DNA of 64,000 nucleotides from Candidatus Poribacteria bacterium (GTDB lineage Bacteria; Poribacteria; WGA-4E; WGA-3G): NCBI GenBank assembly GCA_963665235.2, contig CAXXLX010000001.1, positions 2,656,001 to 2,720,000 of the forward strand, read 5' to 3'. Shown piece by piece: positions 60,159 to 64,000 of this stretch (position 1 is its first letter; each line of letters starts with the position of its first letter). The notes under the pieces were generated by a model. It saw only the letters and a program-made list of their open reading frames with translations, ran no database searches and was not told where the DNA came from. The position numbers and the translations under genes were made by a program.

Positions 60159-60935
60159 TTGAAACTGACTAACCTATTTGCTTTAAGCGTTCTACTTATC
60201 ATTGGACTTACCTTCAGCGTGTATGCTGGCAAAAGCGACTGCACAAACCTTGATGGCGACGGTGCAAAACCTATTACAGAGGTCGCTAGCGAAGATGTCG
60301 GCACCCAAAACGATTATGACGAGGTCGTTGAAGAAGATGACCGGGAGGGTGTTGTCTACCTTGCTGTCGTTGGGGGAAGTCAACCGCAACCGAACGCGTG
60401 TGGTCTTATTCCGAAAAATCCAGAAAACGAATGGACAGGCTGGGGTGGCCCGCTAAACTACGACAACGCTACTATTGGTGAAGGGGCAACTACCCGAAAC
60501 CATATCGTTATCGGCGGAATCTATTTTGAGCGCGGCATCGGCGCACATTCTGTTGGCACTTTTGTTTACGACCTCACCGGGGCAGATTACGTCAAATTTG
60601 AGGCGTACGCCGGCATGTCTGATGAAAAAGACCCGGGCGATTGTGGACACGGGGGCAGCAGCCATTTCGTCTTTTCTATTGATGGAACAGATGTCGTCAC
60701 AACCGAAACGTTGAAAGGCACAGATAGCGGCGAAAATGTTGAGGCTTTCAAGGTCGAATTTGAAATTCCCGCAAACGCCAAAGAGCTCACAATTGTTATG
60801 GGCGACGGTGGCGATGGATTAGGCTGCGACCACTCCGCATTGGGCGATGCCAAACTCATCACCTCCCAAGCAACCGCCGTTGAACCTGCCAACAAACTCC
60901 CCACAATCTGGGGACACCTGAAGGCACAGTACTAA
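60159..60935 (+). CDS. Secreted NPCBM/NEW2-domain protein (tandem paralog) with C-terminal tail
   Basis: Close paralog of 59075; GGAGG RBS, TTG start; tail AVEPANKLPTIWGHLKAQY. Confidence 0.87.
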   Translation: MKLTNLFALSVLLIIGLTFSVYAGKSDCTNLDGDGAKPITEVASEDVGTQNDYDEVVEEDDREGVVYLAVVGGSQPQPNACGLIPKNPENEWTGWGGPLNYDNATIGEGATTRNHIVIGGIYFERGIGAHSVGTFVYDLTGADYVKFEAYAGMSDEKDPGDCGHGGSSHFVFSIDGTDVVTTETLKGTDSGENVEAFKVEFEIPANAKELTIVMGDGGDGLGCDHSALGDAKLITSQATAVEPANKLPTIWGHLKAQY

Positions 60936-60983
60936 TATTTCAATTGTGTAGGTCGGGTTAAACCCGACCCCACAGATCGTGTG

Positions 60984-61033
60984 AAAAGTCTGCTCTATCC
61001 AAAAAGCGTAGCTTTTGGCTGGAGCAGGCTTTT
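60984..61033. terminator. Putative bidirectional intrinsic terminator
   Basis: AAAAGTCTGCTC...GAGCAGGCTTTT long hairpin after the NPCBM genes. Confidence 0.5.
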
Positions 61034-61075
61034 CCTTGCAATTTCACTTCCTCCATCCTTCCATACAAACTCTTG

Positions 61076-61182
61076 CTAAATGCCAATAGCCAATAGCCAA
61101 TAGCCAAAGAAATATAAGAGGGCTCTTCCTCTTTGTTTTCTTTTTCTTGCTAAATGCCAACTGTCAATAGCCAATAGCCAAT
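61076..61182. repeat. Heptamer (GCCAATA)-flanked dispersed repeat
   Basis: Core AAGAAATATAAGAGGG..CTCTTTGTTTTCTTT.TCTTGCTAA shared with 48903-48950. Confidence 0.8.
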
Positions 61183-61257
61183 GAAAACATATTGAAATAT
61201 AGCTGCAGTTGTGCTAAAATAATTAAAAAGACATCTACGATACAAAGGAGTTTTCAG

Positions 61258-63954
61258 ATGCTGCATGCCTCTCATAATCTTTTTAATACGCGCCGAGACC
61301 TTGAAAGCGAAGGGCTCAGGTGCACCTATTATTCGCTGCCTGCTTTAGCGGAAGCTGGTATCGGTTCAATAAGTACTTTACCCGTTAGTCTGCGTATCCT
61401 ATTGGAATCGTTGCTGCGGAATTACGATGGACATCAAATCACCGAGCAGGATGTTGTCAATTTGGCAAATTGGGAAGCCGGTTCACCGATGACTTCAGAA
61501 ATTCCGTTCAAACCGGCGCGCGTTGTCGCGCAGGATTTCACAGGCGTACCGCTCGTCGTTGATATTGCCGCAATGCGTTCCGCGGTCGCAGAACTCGGCG
61601 GCGATTCACGCCTAATTGAACCGCTTGTTCCTGTCGATTTGGTCATTGACCACTCTATCCAAGTTGACGAATATGGGACAGAGAATGCGTTTCAGTTTAA
61701 CACCCGCAGAGAATTTGAACGGAACAAGGAACGTTATGAATTCCTGAAATGGGGACAGCAAGCGTTTGAAAAGTTCAATATCATTCCCCCCTCTATCGGC
61801 ATTGTGCATCAGGTGAATTTGGAATACCTCGCGCAGGTGGTCATGACAGAGGACTCGCTTGCCTATCCGGACACCGTCGTCGGCACCGATTCGCACACTA
61901 CAATGATTAACGGATTAGGTATTGTTGGTTGGGGAGTCGGCGGTATTGAAGCTGAAGCGGCGATGCTGGGACAGCCGGTCTACATTTTAACCCCCGAAGT
62001 ACTTGGCGTTCACATGACAGGGGAGCTACAGGAAGGCGTAACCGCAACCGATTTGGTGTTAACTGTGACGCAACGCCTTAGAGCTGCTGAGGTTGTCGGT
62101 AAATTCGTCGAATTCTTTGGAGAAGGCGTGGAAGCACTCGCACTCCCCGATAGGGCGACGCTCTCTAACATGTGCCCGGAATACGGCGCAACTATCGGAT
62201 TTTTCCCACCCGATGCCGAGACAATGCAATACTTACGGCTTACCGGACGTGAAGAAGCACACGTCGCATTGGTAGAGGCATATCTCAAAGCACAAGAGAT
62301 GTTCGGTATTCCGCGGCTCGGGGAGGTCAATTACTCCGACATTCTGAAAATTGACTTATCAGAAATTGAACCGAGTATCGCCGGACCGAAACGGCCACAA
62401 GATAGGATTGCCCTCTCGGATGTAAAACAGACGTTTACCGAGCTCCTGACGCAACCCGTCACAGATGATGGATTTGGGATGACAGCCGAACAGCTAGCAC
62501 GCGCGGAAAAGAATAGGGACGATTACGCGGGGGTTACGAACGGCTCTGTCGTTATATCAGCCATTACAAGTTGCACAAACACCAGCAACCCCTCTGTGAT
62601 GATTGGGGCAGGACTGCTCGCCAAAAAAGCTGTTGAAAATGGATTGCGCGTCCCCGATTACGTCAAAACCAGTTTGGCACCCGGGTCACGGGTGGTAACG
62701 GCATATCTACAGAACACAGGTTTGTTACCCTATTTGGAAAAGTTGGGATATAACGTCGTCGGATACGGCTGCACAACCTGCATCGGTAACAGCGGCCCGT
62801 TGAATGATGTTGTCCAAGAGGCGATTGATGCAGAAAATCTCGTGACTGCGAGTGTTTTAAGTGGCAACCGGAATTTTGAAGCACGGGTGCATCCAGAGAT
62901 AAAAGCGAATTTCCTCATGTCCCCACCGCTTGTTGTTGCCTACGGAATTGCAGGCCGCATTGACATTGACCTCGCCACTGAACCGCTCGGGCACAACGAT
63001 GCTGGGGAGGCTGTCTATTTGCAAGACATTTGGCCGACACGTCAAGAGATCGCAGAGATGATTGCTACTGCTGTTGACCGTCGAACGTTCAGAGAGATGT
63101 ACGAATCCATCGGTAACCAGGCACCGGAATGGGAAGACCTTGCAGGGACAACGGGTGTTCTTTATCCGTGGCATGCAGAAAGCACTTATATCCAGCATCC
63201 CCCGTTCTTTGAAGGTTTTTCACGTGAACCCGCTCCTATTTCGGATGTCGTGAACGCCCGAATCCTCGGCATTTTCGGAGACTCGGTCACTACAGACCAC
63301 ATTTCGCCAGCAGGTGCAATCGCTGCAGCGAGCCCAGCAGGACGCTATCTACAGGAACGCGGTGTTGAGACACGGGATTTTAATACTTATGGCGCGAGAC
63401 GCGGGAACGACCAGGTGATGAGCCGCGGAACGTTTGCGAATCTCCGCGTACGAAACCTTATGACACCGGACGTAGAAGGCGGATTCACCCGCAAATATCC
63501 AGAAGCCGAGCTGACAACTATCTATGAAGCTGCACTTCACTACCGAGAGAACGACATCCCGACGGTTATCTTCGCAGGAAAAGACTACGGTATGGGAAGC
63601 TCACGCGATTGGGCAGCGAAGGGACCAAAACTCCTCGGCGTTAAAGCTGTCGTCGTGGAGAGTTATGAACGAATTCACCGCAGCAACCTCATCGGTATGG
63701 GTATTTTGCCGTTACAGTTTAAACAGGGAGAAAATGCACAGACGCTCAATCTCGAGGGAAGCGAGATAATCAGTATTACCGGGTTCGCCGATGACCTCCA
63801 ACCCGGGCAGATAGCTACCATGAACATCGTGCGAGCCAACGGGGATACGGAGACCACTGAACTGTTAATCAGAATCGATTCGCCTGTAGAGGTGCAATAC
63901 TACAAAAACGGCGGGATTCTGGATTATGTAATTCGGAATTTCTTGTCTGCCTAA
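61258..63954 (+). CDS. acnA: Aconitate hydratase A
   Basis: [52 protein letters not shown]; AAGGAG RBS. Confidence 0.97.
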   Translation: MLHASHNLFNTRRDLESEGLRCTYYSLPALAEAGIGSISTLPVSLRILLESLLRNYDGHQITEQDVVNLANWEAGSPMTSEIPFKPARVVAQDFTGVPLVVDIAAMRSAVAELGGDSRLIEPLVPVDLVIDHSIQVDEYGTENAFQFNTRREFERNKERYEFLKWGQQAFEKFNIIPPSIGIVHQVNLEYLAQVVMTEDSLAYPDTVVGTDSHTTMINGLGIVGWGVGGIEAEAAMLGQPVYILTPEVLGVHMTGELQEGVTATDLVLTVTQRLRAAEVVGKFVEFFGEGVEALALPDRATLSNMCPEYGATIGFFPPDAETMQYLRLTGREEAHVALVEAYLKAQEMFGIPRLGEVNYSDILKIDLSEIEPSIAGPKRPQDRIALSDVKQTFTELLTQPVTDDGFGMTAEQLARAEKNRDDYAGVTNGSVVISAITSCTNTSNPSVMIGAGLLAKKAVENGLRVPDYVKTSLAPGSRVVTAYLQNTGLLPYLEKLGYNVVGYGCTTCIGNSGPLNDVVQEAIDAENLVTASVLSGNRNFEARVHPEIKANFLMSPPLVVAYGIAGRIDIDLATEPLGHNDAGEAVYLQDIWPTRQEIAEMIATAVDRRTFREMYESIGNQAPEWEDLAGTTGVLYPWHAESTYIQHPPFFEGFSREPAPISDVVNARILGIFGDSVTTDHISPAGAIAAASPAGRYLQERGVETRDFNTYGARRGNDQVMSRGTFANLRVRNLMTPDVEGGFTRKYPEAELTTIYEAALHYRENDIPTVIFAGKDYGMGSSRDWAAKGPKLLGVKAVVVESYERIHRSNLIGMGILPLQFKQGENAQTLNLEGSEIISITGFADDLQPGQIATMNIVRANGDTETTELLIRIDSPVEVQYYKNGGILDYVIRNFLSA

Positions 63955-64000
63955 TGTGTAGAAAAAGAGGTCTTTCATAATGGCATATAGCGATTTTACC

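Noticed and set aside
589-63857. Numerous 60-210 aa antisense or alternative-frame ORFs overlapping housekeeping genes
   Set aside because: Shadow ORFs of well-supported genes, with no motifs or RBS support.

Overview
Bacterial chromosomal window of roughly 50% GC, most likely from Candidatus Poribacteria. This is inferred from several signal-peptide proteins ending in a V-x-P-x-x-K-L-x-x-x-W-[GA]-x-[LI]-K tail, TolB-like propellers, Gfo/Idh/MocA oxidoreductases, orphan BMC vertex genes and dense REP/MITE repeats. The housekeeping blocks are lolE-lolD, ilvE-bamA-skp-skp'-lpxD-ubiA(DGGGPS-like), a minus-strand moaA-sufCBD-grx-[insert]-sufSU-Rieske-sufT-DUF971/rhodanese cluster, ribD-ribE-ribBA-ribH-hisH followed by an NtrB/NtrC-like pair, eutN x2, a 1717-aa C25 (PorU/gingipain-like) peptidase, ndk and acnA. 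The most notable observations are: (1) a shared C-terminal tail on five secreted proteins, in the same window as a PorU-like transpeptidase, suggesting a candidate protein-sorting system; (2) an unannotated peroxiredoxin-like selenoprotein (in-frame TGA plus SECIS-like hairpin, UxxS motif); (3) an ORF-less IS200/IS605 element with IS608-like ends and an internal promoter, a candidate stand-alone omega-RNA; (4) a ~30-bp mini-element that replaces the CTAC/GTAG tag of several different REP types; (5) a skp duplication that captured the lpxD start and lost its signal peptide; (6) a duplicated internal-start mini-protein; (7) a deleted ADP-ribosyltransferase-like toxin inside the suf cluster; and (8) long arrays of non-repetitive hairpins before the NPCBM genes. 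No rRNA, tRNA or CRISPR array was seen. All family assignments come from motif recognition by eye, not from database searches.
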